From: Antedon mediterranea | Taxonomy: Eukaryota > Animalia > Echinodermata | DNA length: 64,000 nucleotides | Direction of reading: 5' to 3' | NCBI RefSeq assembly: GCF_964355755.1 | Contig: NC_092670.1 | Span: 4,330,201 to 4,394,200 of the forward strand | Shown: positions 51,151 through 64,000 of the stretch, in pieces | Layout: every line of letters begins with the position of its first letter | Position numbering within the stretch: position 1 is the first letter of the stretch | Translations under genes and position numbers: made by a program | The notes under the pieces: model-generated | What the model saw: the letters and a program-made list of their open reading frames with translations, nothing else | Told to the model about the DNA's origin: nothing | The model's database searches: none

Positions 51151-52759
51151 CAAGAAGTTGACCAGGAATATGTCCTCTATACATTTGACCTTAGAGGGTT
51201 AGATGAAGGCACTTCCTCTTATTTGGAAATTTCCTGATGTAGGGCGTGCCAAACTGTCATTTAATCATTAAAACAAGATATCACACTAGTATGAATGAAC
51301 TACAGGGGCATGGTGACAGGACAGTCTGGTCATGCAGTCCTATTCTTTCAGCCCATCTTATTGATCTAGTTGAGAAAACGACCATGGAGTTGAAAGAGTA
51401 TGAAGATGATGAACAAGAAATTGAATTTGAGGTGGACGATGACTGAACATCTATTGCAGTAACTTGATAAATGGGTTTTGAATGAGTATATGTAGACCTA
51501 CATATACATAGTTTTATTTTGAAAACAGAAACATTCTTACTATATAAGAATTCTGTGAAAATTGAGGTCTTCACTCCTGGATATTCTGAACAATTTATGA
51601 CAAAAATAAAGTCTTTATGACCAGGGGTTACCGAGAAACAAGGTAAAAGGTCAAAAGTTGTATTTCCTGCCAACTTTCAAAAATATGTTTCATTAAATCT
51701 TATATAAATATGGATATTCTGAACAATTTATGACAAAAATAGTCTTTATGACCAGGGGTTACTGAGATATGACCCTCGGGTGGAAATAATGTCAAAGGTC
51801 AAAAGTGATATTTTCCATCAAATTTCAAAAATATGTTTCATTAAAGCTAATATAAATATGGATACTCCGAACAATTTAAAACAAAAATAAAATCGTTATG
51901 TCCATTGGTTACCGAGATATGTCCCTTATGTAAAAACAAGGTCAAAGGTCAAAAGTCGTATTTCCGGTCATTTTGTATGAAAATGTTTTATTATAGTACA
52001 TAGGAAAGTGCATATTCTGAACAATATAAGACCAAAATCAAACCTCTATGATCACTCGTTGTCAAGATATAGGTCGAATACAAAAATATTGCGAAAATCG
52101 TTATGCAATAATGTCAAAGGTCAAAAATGATATTTCCCGTCAAATTTCAAAAATATGTTCCATTAAAGCGAATATAAATATGGATATTTTGAATAATTTA
52201 AGACAAAAATAAAATCTTTATGACCAGGGGTTACCAAGATATGATCCTTATGTAAAAACAAGGTCAAAGGTCAAAAGTGGCATTTACGGCCATTTTGAAC
52301 AAAAACTTTTCATTATAGTACATAGAAATGTGCATATTCTGAACAATTTAAGACCAAAATCAGACCTCTAAGATCAGTCTTTGTCAAGTACCATCTATAT
52401 TTTTGATTTTGATAAATCCAAGATGGCCACCAAAATGGCCCCCAAAAAACCCCATGGGACAATATTTCGTCTTGGGAACATCAAAAAATGTTAATTACAT
52501 ATATTCAGGATTACAAAAATGTACATTAAAAAAATACATCATGGGGGTGCACGGTAACCCCCTCCTTCCTACCCTACATCAAGGCATACAGGTGCAATCG
52601 CATAGTCTCTGGGCATTTCTGTGGACTGCTGTCCTCAGTCCTCTACCTTCAACCCATTTCTGTCTGGTGTTTTCGCTTCTCCTTTCCCTTCCTTTTTTAT
52701 TAGGTGGCATTTTTTGAACAACTTTCAATATGTTTTTTAAGAATGGTTTCGCTGAAATC

Positions 52760-53295
52760 CACACACTTTTTTGCCATATAGTTTACACTGCTGTTCATCA
52801 GCAGTTGGCTTTCTTTAAGATTCGGTGGCAGTTTTTGAATAATATGATTTATTCCTTGTGATGAGTCGAGACTTGCTAGATCCGATGGTGGAGGCGGAAT
52901 AATCTCCTAATTGAATAATGGTCCTTGAACTGGTATAGGTAGGTTTTTGTACTCCTGCAGTTGGCTTCTTGACAGTGGTGGTATAGGAGTATATTCCTAA
53001 TGGTGGCTTCTTGAAGTTGGCTGTGGTTTAGGATTGACACGCTTGGTAGTACTATCGTCACTCTCAACATCACTAATGATGCTATATGTATCATACTCAT
53101 TAAGATCTTCATCTTCTTCGAGCAATGAATCTGCTCAAGCCTGACAAATCGCTGCATTTTCTTCATTGAAGACATCTGCCTCGGCAATTGCTTGGACCCT
53201 CAACAGGGAAGCTCTTTTCATTGCGAACTCAACTTTTGCCTTTGCTATAACTAGATCGAAATGGACTTACGGATGATCCAACTTCTGACATCTTG
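52760..53295 (-). pseudogene. Decayed ORF, possibly BEL/Pao gag N-terminus
   Basis: IAKAKVEFAMKRASLLRVQAIAEA.. followed by acidic/Pro-rich sequence with in-frame stops; weak family resemblance only. Confidence 0.3.
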
Positions 53296-54094
53296 CAAGT
53301 TTCCACTCGCACTTCCAGTCACTTGAAAAAGTAGAAACTTTCTGCAATAAATAGAAACTTGTAACTCGTTGTGTTGATCAAATAAGTAATAATGTTTATT
53401 AATTTATATAATGTAATGTCTATAGATTAATTCGTCTCACCAAAGTTGCTTGATATTTAAATGATCTAGGCCTAGTTGGTCTGTTACCGTCTATTCTTGT
53501 CTACATGACAGTGATAAATGTTATGTTTGAAAGTTACAAGCAAAGATACTATAGCGCCACGAAGCCTTTGTAAAATGTCCCCAATATCATTCATATCCTT
53601 TTCTGTAAATGAAATACATGAAATTTGACACTTTCTGCAATAAATAGAATCAGAGTGGGGTCATTGTATGAACCTAAGGGCGGAAATGTGTGCATTTGAC
53701 TTTTCAGAAAAATATGCATCCCTGAGTTTCATTTTTCTTTACAATATTATTGCATAAATCAATGTCTCTCCCCTGAAATTTATTCAGATTTTTTATTTTA
53801 TTACAAAGAATAAATACAAAATTAGGATTAAAAAATGTATAAAACCAAAGTGAATGATGCAAGGACGACCCATAACATCGACTAGTCAATTTATTTTCAA
53901 TAAGGTCCAGGTTGACACTATTTTTTATTATGGATGATAGAAGTTTTTAAATGTGTACAACAAATGTCAGAAGATTGTAAAACTTAATGTAGCTACTTGC
54001 AACATCGCTTGCAACGTCTCTTTGATTCCAGATGACACCAACTGATACGCTTGTGTCTCAGTTTCTTCGGAGTGAAGGTCTCGTAGAACTGCAC

Positions 54095-55245
54095 CAGCCT
54101 CAAACGAGCAAAGGTTATATTGCATTCTCTTACCATCACACGGTAACTCTCACGGTAGCAATCAGTGAAATAGTTGACACACAGAGAAGCGTTTTTTTTG
54201 TCGTGTTTGGCCATCTAAAAGCACTTTGGTTTGTACGAAAATATAAGAAACATCTCCTAGCTTCAATGATAATCAATCGTCTATCCTACACTACTTAATT
54301 GTTATAATATCGTACGTAGTACTCACACGTTTCACTCTCAGGAATAAGAAAAATATCTACTATTATAAGATAATAATCGTGATTTCTCGCAGACAATTCT
54401 TTACAACCAGAACAACTGTTGACATCCACAACGTCCATGTTCAAAATCCGAAACATCTGGTTTACAAATACCTGGATTTCTTAATGGAAGTCCTCATGCA
54501 TCATAGTAATGTTTACCTCAGCTGGCGGTAAATTCGGTTAGGGGCATGTTCCTTTCTATAATGTGCAATGCATGGATGATATGACATTTTCTCTTTCTTT
54601 TCATTGGAGAGCTTATGTGGTTCCCATGTTTACCTCTTCTGTCCTTTGGTGCATACATTCCAATTCTTGTTCCATCTATTACTTTCAACAGCCACTTTAT
54701 TTATTACATTTAATGCTTGATGCTTTGAAGTCTAATGTGGTCAGACAGAATGTTCAGCTTACATTTCATTTTCGTCGGTGAGCATTGATGAATTCTTAAA
54801 TGCATGTTTGCAAGAATTAATTGCATTTTGATCTTTTCACTCGTTGTTGTTCCAAAGACATCATCCAGTGTTATAACGCCCTCTAATTACGGCGTTATAA
54901 CGCCCTAATTACGGCGTTATAACGCCCTAGTATCCCATTCTTTCTGGTCATTGTAATTGTTTCTGTGCACTTCTTTTTGCATGGAGGTAGGAAATTTTTC
55001 TTCTTTATGAAAAAAAAACAACAAACAATGTTAGATATTATCTTTAGTTTGAAATAAAAAGTTCAATCAATCATTCTATATGAAATAGTATTACTTCATG
55101 TTGAAATACTTACTTGTTTTCATTTTTATGCTGGGCCATCATTTTCTACTGCTTAGGCCTAATCTTTCCTCTCTGCTGGTGGTGTAGGCCTTCAAGTGTC
55201 TCCGCGTCGTATTCCCCTGTCAACAACAGTTCCGGTTTGATCTGT
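54095..55245 (-). mobile_element. Sola-type transposase remnant, fragmented
   Basis: Fragments in order: LPPCKKKCTETI; FCLTTL; D.RGKH; HPCIAHYRKEHAPNR; PAEVNITMMHEDF; after a ~300-bp interruption, ESYRVMVRECNITFARL. Confidence 0.6.
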
Positions 55246-55544
55246 GAGAGAGAAAGGTATTTACAACTTTATCTCCAATACACTTGTATTTTTAAATACA
55301 TGCATCCATTGCATGACCGTTGTCATAAAGACAGGGATAATCCTGCATTATGGTCATAAACAAATTTGTATTTTTGATCTTCATCTGAATGATAAAGCAT
55401 TTAAGCGCAATTTTGAAGCCACCAAGTTCTCCAAAGATGTTTTAAAATGTTTTTATTATCTTTTATAAGGAACCACCACAATTTTTTTCTGTTTTGAGAA
55501 AAATGAAGAGAATATTTGCCTAGTTGATGACCTGTTTACTAATT

Positions 55545-56101
55545 CCCAAGCACTCGAGTAATCCAGATTGCAACGTATGGAGCGGAATGTTTGAGCATGA
55601 CACAACTAGAATAAGATACACATTTTAGAGTCATGGTGTTATACAAGAATATTTTACGAGAGTCATGGTCCATCCAGTTGAAGCTGATCATTACTAAAAA
55701 TACAATTTGACAAGACAATAAAATACAACAATTAGAAATTAAAATTAAAAAAGATATTGTGGATTTCATGGATGGAGAGGAGTACGTACAAGTTAGGTAA
55801 GATCGGAAAAAACTGGAGAAAAATCGTTGAAAAAACAAAAACAAAAATATTTTAGAAATACTGTATTGCTAGACATCAGGAACTAATATAACGCAATATA
55901 TTTTAATGCGAACTGTGCAAGATAAGCGATCGTGAGGAATGCATAATGCAAGATAAATCATAAGATGGACGGAGTTACAGCAAAGACTGGTCTTAGAACT
56001 GTGGAAACAGTTAGTTTGGCACAGGATCGTAAGGCATGGAGGAATCTCGTCGTTGGCATAGTTGCTTGGACACCCTGAGCCATCGGCGTAAAGAAGAAGA
56101 G
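55545..56101 (+). mobile_element. RTE-type LINE 3' remnant
   Basis: IATYGAEC (YG.E.W-like) and terminal LAQDRKAWRNLV followed by an (AGA)n tail. Confidence 0.6.
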
Positions 56102-56699
56102 AAAGGATACCATTTAATGGGACATTAACTATCATTGTCAGAGAAACTGGGAAAAAGGCAATCCTACTTGGAATGATTGTATTCCCTGAAAATGATCATT
56201 TCTTACCTTTTTCAAAAGGTGGTCAATACATGGAGGTACATAAGATAATCAAAACAGGAGTATACCAAAATCTTAGAAAGAATAGTTGTGCCTTCTACAA
56301 CAAAAGTCAGAGTGGGAATCATTTTAATAATGAGAAGGCCCACAGACTAGTGTTTGGATAGACATGAATGGGTCAGATTTATCTATTAACTGAGTTGATA
56401 TTAACAATCAACTGCTATTCTCTGATGAGGATTTAAAAAGTGATAACCGATAATAATAAATTTGTTAAGTGCTTAGTGCGCCTGTAAAAAAAAGAAAATT
56501 ATGGAAACTAATCCGTAGCCTAAGAAATTATCAGGAATTATAACTTTACTGATAAAAAATCAAACTCGTCTCATAGTTTGGATAACTGCATTTATTTTAT
56601 TTATTACCTCTGACATATATTAAAATGTTGACCCATGTCAACTGATGAAATGATCTGATTAGATTTCGTAACATGATGGTAAAACATCAAATTGGTGAC

Positions 56700-57395
56700 T
56701 GAATAGATACCTATAGCCATAAAAATGCAATACAAGACCAAACTAAGCTTCAATAAATTGATTTTTTCAATTGGTCAATTGTAACATTTGACCCCAGATG
56801 CCAGCTTGTGCTTGTTTTAGTTGTTTAATAATAATATATGACACTGTTTGCTTTCCACCTCTCTTCTGATAATCCTTAAGAAGATTCTTTTTTTTTTCAT
56901 TTAATACCTCTTCTCCTTCAAACCAGATCAAAGCATCCATTCTGTAGTCTTTTTGAGGTAGGTAGCCATGTAGGCTAGTTCTTTCTTATAGAGTCTTCAA
57001 TGCTGATTAGCCCTCTTCCTTCTTCCACCCTCTGTAATTTCTCATAACGTTACATCTGGTACACACTTTCATTGCCATAATTTGCCTAGTTTTTCTGTCC
57101 ATGATGACAGCTCTTTCACAGTCCAATCAAACAACTATCCCTGCATTGTAACGTACAGTTTATCACGGCCCATGTGTTGGTGCCACTAGTTCGAGTTCAA
57201 AAAACATTTATTTATTCAACAATGGCATTATACAGTATAATATAATTATAGGTGTGTACATAAATGAAAACACTGATCATAGTTTCTCCATTAAATTTGG
57301 ATTTTCCTTATATGCTCAGATGTTACATTGTCTTTCATCTTGGCCTTAAGAACCCTATCCAGCTGCAATATACCAAAGTATTTGCATCCTTCTCT
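56700..57395 (-). mobile_element. R4/Dong-like non-LTR retrotransposon remnant
   Basis: KYFGILQLDRVLKAKMKDNVTSEHIRK and DRKTRQIMAM..RVEEGRGLISIED. Confidence 0.6.
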
Positions 57396-59608
57396 TCCTG
57401 ATGTTGATCGTCTAATAAATCCAATCAACACAACTGGCTGCAACTCGCGCGCGTACGAAGCCTGCAGTGAAATTGCTGGAGCGTAAAAGCTGTGCGCACT
57501 GCAGTTTGCACTAGGATAAAATTGATACAAGATAACTTAAATTGTCAAATAGTTCATCAACGAAAGATTTGAAATTGGTTTTTCTCATGGCAACATAAAA
57601 TAAAAATAGAATAAAACCAGTAAAATGTTAAAACACAGAGATATGCACAGATATATGCTTGCGAACATCGTGCAAGTTGTCGAATAAAGGATATCCAACA
57701 AACAGCAAACAAATGTCGCTGCAAGCTATTGACTTTGATTAAAAAGACTTTTACCCAAACTGCTAAAATGTGTCCTCATATTCTCTCCTTTTCTCTATAG
57801 TTTCCAAAATGCTAACTTTTCTTTACAATAAAAAACGCTGATTGATACATATAGTCGTGATTGATTATAGACGCATGTAAAAATGCCTTTCGTTGATTGA
57901 TTGATAATTTTAATAGTTATTCGAACATTTTTCTTTATTTACTTGAATGTACCATTGTGCACATATACAAAAGCCGTGAGACACAAACAACGTTAGAATA
58001 TAAATTATCTCCTGAGCAAGAACGAACCACCGACTCTCTATTTTGCAAATGTGCTGATTTTTTTACTAATCGTGATTACTGTAGAGATTCGCTCGGGAAT
58101 GATTGAAACTTTACTACTGTAAATAGGCCTTGTTAAATCATGTTTTTTTTATCTAACTTTTATTTTACTTACTCTGGACGCACATTCATTCAAGAAGTGT
58201 GCCACTGTTTCAAAAGTGTATCTTCCAAATAAATTATTATTATTATTACTTTAATAAAACAATGTGCTTCTTTTCACAAATTACTTAAACTCTACTTTAT
58301 TTCGTCTAACAGCAATTCCTCTTAAAAGAAGTAATGTATTTATGTTTTAATCAGATGGTTTTATTCTGTTCACAATAATAATTCACTATCCATATGTATG
58401 TATTTTATTATTATACGACATATAGTTATCGTTTATCATGTATTTTTTTATCAAATATAAGGTCAAGAACAATTGTTTTTCGTTTGGTTTTAACCTTATT
58501 TACGGTTTTATTTTCAATTCAAATTATTATTTTGTATTTATCTTGATCGTATTAAAAAAAATGTGCTGTCGCACAAACGAAACTTCGTTCTAAAATATGT
58601 TGTCTTTTATTCAAACTAGATCTGCTTTCCTCAAATGACTGTCGGATGAACTTAAATACCATCTCCTTATTAGGTCCATGGTCGGATCATCTTATTTTGG
58701 CCATTTCGAAGGAATTCGCTGAAATCATTTTTTTTTTTTTTTTGCGGGAGTGTGTTTTGGTGATTTCGAAGGATCGTCATCATCACCCTCGTTAATAATA
58801 ATATTTTCAGATGTTCTTGGTTGATTGTCAATATCACGTTTCCCATTTGTGCACATAAAAATGTCCTCTACATGAAAATAGGAATAAAATGTTGGACAGT
58901 TCATTAATCCTATTTTCGTTAACGATACAGTCGTTGAAGTACCATGTTACAGAATTGATATATATCGTATTCAAATATTTACGGCTAATTATATTTAATT
59001 AAACGTAAAATTAAATTAATCAAATTTATTTTTAAGGAATAAACTTATTCTAAATATAGGCCTAATAGGCCTACATATTCTTTCTAAGTAAAAAAACATG
59101 ACAACTAAAAATATTAATAAATATCAGAGGACTGATAAAGTATAAAAGAAAGATACTTTCTGAAATCTTTGTTCGATGTATTCTAATTTATCGTAAATTT
59201 GCGTGATTATTTATATGAGTGGTGCTCCCCGGCGTATAGGATTGTTACAATTAATTCGTAACTTTAGGCCTAAGTTTAGATATATAATAGGTATATAAAC
59301 AAATAGTGTAGGCCTACAGTTAATTTTGCTTTATATTTTGAGCTTTTTGAGGAATTCCTAAGCCGCTCGTTAATATACAGCGGACTACTTGAAATTGAAA
59401 TTCAGTTTTTAAAACGGTCATGATGAGGAGAAATAGGCCTAGGCCCCTAACGAAATATTAATTAATTAATATTAATTCGAAACTTTCGAATTAATAATTT
59501 AGAATTAAGAAAGACAAATGATAAATGTTTAGGAAGTTATTTAATTGTTTCACACCAAATGTTTCCTATAAAGTTTATTAGATATTTCCCGAATTCTGTC
59601 CATATATC

Positions 59609-59707
59609 ACATGCGCATCTTTTTGTTTTGATTTACTTTTGTGTGTGTGTTAGCCTATTTTGCCATCCTCCACGTGTCATGCGCATGCTCTGTTGACTAA
59701 CATGGCG
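59609..59707 (+). promoter_or_regulatory. Putative GOLGA4 proximal promoter
   Basis: TGCGCAT motifs near 59612 and at 59678-59687 (NRF1-like), E-box CACGTG 59671-59676, YY1-like AACATGGCG 59699-59707, about 70-170 nt upstream of the ATG. Confidence 0.5.
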
Positions 59708-59779
59708 ATTTTCCGTGGTTATTAAAGCTAGCCTTGTTTAGGCCTACATTTTGCGAGATTAAACATTCAATTCATAAAC

Positions 59780-62700
59780 ATGTTTAAGAAATTAAAAACA
59801 AAAATAGCTGAAGAAACTAGCAAGTCCCCTGGAAGATTGAAGACACCAGGAAATACGCCAAAACAGGTCGGTACTCTTTTATTTTCAACCCTGCTTTCTG
59901 GGCGGCCTGCTGGCTGCAGATTCCCCTGCCTGCTGGCTGCTCAGTGCTGGCTTGGACGGGCCGCCTGCCTGCAGGACTCCGCATACATAGGCCTAGGTGG
60001 GTGGAGGGTCAAGGCCTAAAAGCCGTATACGCCTGCTTCTAAAGATGGACTGACGTCAATGACGAGATGAGTCCTGCATTTTATAATATCAAATAGATGC
60101 AAGGCCGCCTTTTAACAAATAATTCTAGTAGGGCCAGCAGGACTGAGGAGGCGCTAGTAGGCTAGGCCTACTGTACTGGAGTTTCGTACCGTAACCCACC
60201 TTTTTGTATTTCGAAATATATAGGGCTAGGCCTATAATATTGAAATAGAAAATATACTGTATAGGCCTAGAAATATTTTATTTAAGTCTTCATCGTGGAT
60301 AGGCCTAGCAGCACACCATAAAATGAGGCTGCATAGAATAGATTAGAAGTACTTTACGACATTTATAAAAACAATAAATTCTTTAAAATTAAATTGATGA
60401 TTTCTCACATTGTTTGAATATGACTTCAAATCTGGTAGAATGTGTTTTTGTTTTATGGAGTACAGGTTGTATGCAAACAGCGAAAAACCTGCCTATAAAA
60501 TCATTAATTATGTAAAGGATTTTGTTTGTTGTTGATGATAACTCTATAGTATATGTGATTGTCCTTCCCAGATCTATCTAATCTATAATTCAGCTTATTT
60601 ATAATATCAGCTGAAGACAACCTATTCTGAATGTCCTGCCTGCCCCGTAAAGACTATTGAAATCATGTTTTTATCTTATTTTTAGGATGGTGAAGCAACC
60701 TCCTCCCAACCTATTAATCCTGCATCTCCAGAGCAGGGTACTCCCAGGAGACCCATATTACACACCTTAAACAGCAGAAGGCCTCAGGTAAAATTAATTG
60801 ATAGCTCTACCTTGCCTACTATTAAATATGCCTGAACTGATTGTGAAATCATAATCAGCAATAATACAGTATTCAATCAACGTTAATGGTTATTAAAATT
60901 AGATTAAGACATGTAACAACGGTTCGAAACAACTAAGGAAGATTTATGTAACAATTTGATCAAGTCAAACTGCTTGGTGAAGATTTCAGAGCAATTAAAA
61001 TCTCTTTTCACTTTTAATCATTCTAAAAAATAATTATTGTTACACATGATTATATTAATCCTACTTGAATTTACAATACTATATTAAATAAATGCAAAAC
61101 AAATAACAATCAAGTAATATGAGATGTTTTTATGATATGTCTATAGTCAGCCCAAGTGAAAGCAAAAGATGAGGCTGCACCAGAGTCTGAGCAGCTTCAG
61201 AATGAGCAAACGACGGACACAGAGAGTGTGGAAGAACAGGTATAAAATTTGGCAGTTTTGTTTTAACTTCAAATCCAGTCTAATACTTGAAAATAAATGA
61301 AAATAACTATCAATCTTAAAAGATCTTTTGTATGATCAAATGGATTTTATCCATGTTAAAAAAATATGGTTAAAACTGATGTTGGCTTGCTTTCCAACCC
61401 TAGAATACAGTAATACACACAGTAACACACACACTGTATATTTGTATGTTAACAAATGTAAAAAATGTACCAGTATATGCACTGTAGTATCAATTGTACT
61501 GTGCTTATGATTTTGAAAAAAAATATGCAGGTAGTTTCAGTTTTGTAAAACACATTGTGAATTTATAGTTTACCTTTGATAGTCATTGTATTTTTTAAAT
61601 AAGAAAAATTTAAACTTATGAATGAAACATTTTTTTAAATGATAAAACCAAAAAATACTATAGTATTAAATCTTGTTTTAGTCTTATAAAATACCGTAAA
61701 ACCTCAAAAGGAAGTCCCTGGGCCTCTTTTCGAAAAGAAGCACATCTCAAAATCATTTCAAGATAGTATGAGCTTCTTTTCTTTCTTTTTTGGAACATCA
61801 ACACAAATTTATTAATTTATACTTTATGATGGTGGTCCATCCTGCCAAAACTGTTCATTAGAGACCCTCTCAAAAATACAAATACATTAAGCTGCTCAAA
61901 CATAGCGTTGTAATCTATCATTGATTCTCTGTTATTTTCATTAATAGGTTCCCTCAACTCCATTAAAAGCGTCCAACCATGACCCTGAGGCACCTAGCCC
62001 GCTATTTCCAACGTATCAGACACCCCAGAAGGTATATCAAGCACCTTCAGACACGGAGAGTGAGATAGATGAACCACTGGTGAACCTTGATGCCTTCACC
62101 AAGGATGAGTTACTTCAAAAGTTTCACAAAGTTGAGAAGAAGCTGACAAGATACAAAGGAAAATTTATTGATGTAAGTGTGATGAATTTCTTTTTGTTAT
62201 CTACTGCAGTATAGTTACTGCAGTAATTAGACATTGCATTTTAGTCTATGGTAATATAACATATTTGATAATACTGTAAGTGATTGATATAAATGACTGA
62301 TTGATTGATTTTTGTTTTTTTGTTGATTGAATGTGTGATTTAGTAGCAAAATTAATTGATTTAGTTTATTTTAAATTTTAAATGATTTTGTTTTATTTGA
62401 AATTTAAGGTTGTCAATGCATACAAAGATCTTCAAAAGGAGAATGCTAAAATTAAGGTATAGTATCATTCATTCATTAGTATTACAGTAAACAAACCTGA
62501 TTGTATTCTTGCAATTTGATTGGTTAATTACGCATCATGTGTTGTTCGGTATTATGTTTGTTTGTTTGTTTTATCTTTATACTGGGTGACCTCTTCAGTC
62601 AAAGACTGATCTCCCAGAGGGCCCAGTTGGTGATCAGTGGCTGTGATGTACTAATACACCGGGGTAACCCCCTACTCGTCTCGAAAGATGTACTAGGTTC

Positions 62701-63959
62701 TTTAAAGTGCACACGAGCAAGTTGTGTACACTGGACCTACGGTTTATAGTCCTTATCCGAGAAGACTCGTTCTACCACCAGAACCATGGAGTGAGTGAGC
62801 CTCGAACCCCTGCCGATGTTATGGCTACGTGATTCCACTGTCTTAACCGCTCGGCCACTCACTCACTTAGTTCTATGTAAAAGTGATGTCTAATGATGGT
62901 AATATAATATAAGGTTGACTGCTTTTTATAGAAACTGACATTCTATTATTATTTTTGTTGTTAAGAATATTATGACACAAACCCAAGACAAAGCCCTCAG
63001 AAGAATATCAGAATTGAAGGAAGTAAGTCTCTCTGTAGTGTGTTTGATTTCAAAAGTATGCAGGTAGATTATTAATATAACAACACATTCTACAATTTAT
63101 AAGAACAGAGCATTCTTTAGATACTGTACCATGATTTGATAATCTCATATAACATCACAATTTACGATCTGAATCCATAAACATGAGATATTTTAATATA
63201 TTTTGTGTTTCTCATATTGAAAAATCCAAAAATGTAGTTTTGTGTTTAGTTTGTGGGTATCTTAAACACTGATTTTATATTTTCTAGGCCGCTCAGCTGG
63301 ACCAACAGGCTAAGCAGCATCTACAGGAAAACTTTGACTTAATACTGGAGGAGAAAGATGAGTTGATTAATGTCCTTCAGACACAGGTAGCCTAAAATAT
63401 TATCACTGTCATTTTGCAGTTTTAATCAAGTTAATCAATAATCAAATGTTTTTGCTTATAAAAATACAGAATTCAACCAAAAACCCACACACTGACTTCC
63501 AGCCAAATTTACTAATTTTTGCTTTAAAGTACAGTTGTTTTTCAGGTAAACAATTTTTTTGGATCCAATTTTTGGTAAAAGGGAATAATTTGGTAACATT
63601 GAAATGGCCTATTCAACAAAAACATAAAAAAAAAAATTGTCAGGGAGACAATATATTTCTAACATCACCTCAAATATTATCTTTAGGTTGGCTTATACAA
63701 GCACGGTGTTGTTCCAGGCAGTGAAACAGCAAAGAATGGTAAAGGTGATGATGTCGCAGACTCTAAATCAAAAGCTGCTGCACCTGACCCAGAAACCATG
63801 CAGGTTCTAAAGGAAAAAGTTAAAAGGTTAGAAGTACTATTGACAAAATGTAAAGAAACAATGAGGAATAATAAAGAAAAGAACAGTGAACTATCAAGTG
63901 GAATGGAAAAAGCTGAAAAACAAGTGAAGGAAAAAGCAGAAGAGCTTGAAGAATTGAAG
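59780..63959 (+). CDS. GOLGA4: Golgin subfamily A member 4 (golgin-245), 5' part; continues beyond window
   Basis: Exons 59780-59866 (MFKKLKTKIAEE), 60686-60787, 61147-61239, 61948-62172 (PSDTESE..RYKGKFID), 62409-62456, 62966-63022 (TQDKALRRISELKE), 63288-63386 (QLDQQAKQHLQENFDLILEEKDELINVLQTQ), 63687-63959 (KVKRLEVLLTKCKETMR). All phase 0, GT-AG; motifs match the GOLGA4 N-terminus. Confidence 0.9.
62555..62865 (-). mobile_element. Full-length tRNA-derived SINE with Deu/Nin central domain, GOLGA4 intron
   Basis: A-box TGGCCGAGCGGTTAAG, B-box GGTTCGAGGC, core TCGGATAAGGACTATAAACCGTAGGTCC..TTAAAGAACC..GAGTAGGGGGTTACCCCGGTGT, hairpin tail and (AAAC)n. Confidence 0.8.
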
Positions 63960-64000
63960 GTAATCTTCATGTTTATTTTGTCGGGATGTTTTTGTGAAGC

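Larger units (their letters stand above)
46953..52576. mobile_element. Academ-like non-autonomous element with ~1-kb near-identical TIRs and nested insertions
   Basis: 46961-~47960 mirrors ~51580-52571 (taggaaggag.gg.ttaccgtgcacccccatgatg..); TAG...CTA outer ends; flanks share CA(T); TIRs built of ~120-bp GACCTTTGAC subrepeats related to the 34929-38753 element. Confidence 0.8.

Noticed and set aside
46934-52717. Two similar ORFs MILINPRWPPKWP.. on opposite strands
   Set aside because: Mirror translations of the Academ-like terminal inverted repeats.

Overview
AT-rich, intron-rich animal genomic DNA, probably a marine invertebrate deuterostome (inferred from a Deu/Nin-domain SINE and vertebrate-like exon layouts; not determinable with certainty). 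Host genes reconstructed by hand from splice sites: an intronless class A GPCR (+, 2929-3996), NOSTRIN (-, 15 coding exons, 509 aa), SPC25 (-, 6 coding exons, 237 aa), RAB18 (+, 7 exons, 207 aa) and the 5' part of GOLGA4 (+, runs off the window). Most other ORFs in the track are artefacts of tandem repeats or transposon debris. Intergenic and intronic DNA is dense with mobile elements: two Academ-type long-TIR elements, nested Mutator/foldback-like elements with 9-bp TSDs, Kolobok-like TTAA MITEs, Helitron-like elements, SINEs, and decayed Harbinger-Myb, Sola, Penelope, L2, RTE and R4-type remnants. Most notable: (1) a tRNA-like cloverleaf (Ile-type body, AAC anticodon) fused to a nested long hairpin and a T13 tract, a candidate Pol III RNA; (2) three GC-AG introns with the same GCAAGT donor in three neighbouring genes; (3) a 6.4-kb inverted-repeat-bounded composite ending 82 nt before the RAB18 ATG; (4) NOSTRIN-SPC25 adjacency, as in human. 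No database searches were run; family assignments rest on recalled motifs.
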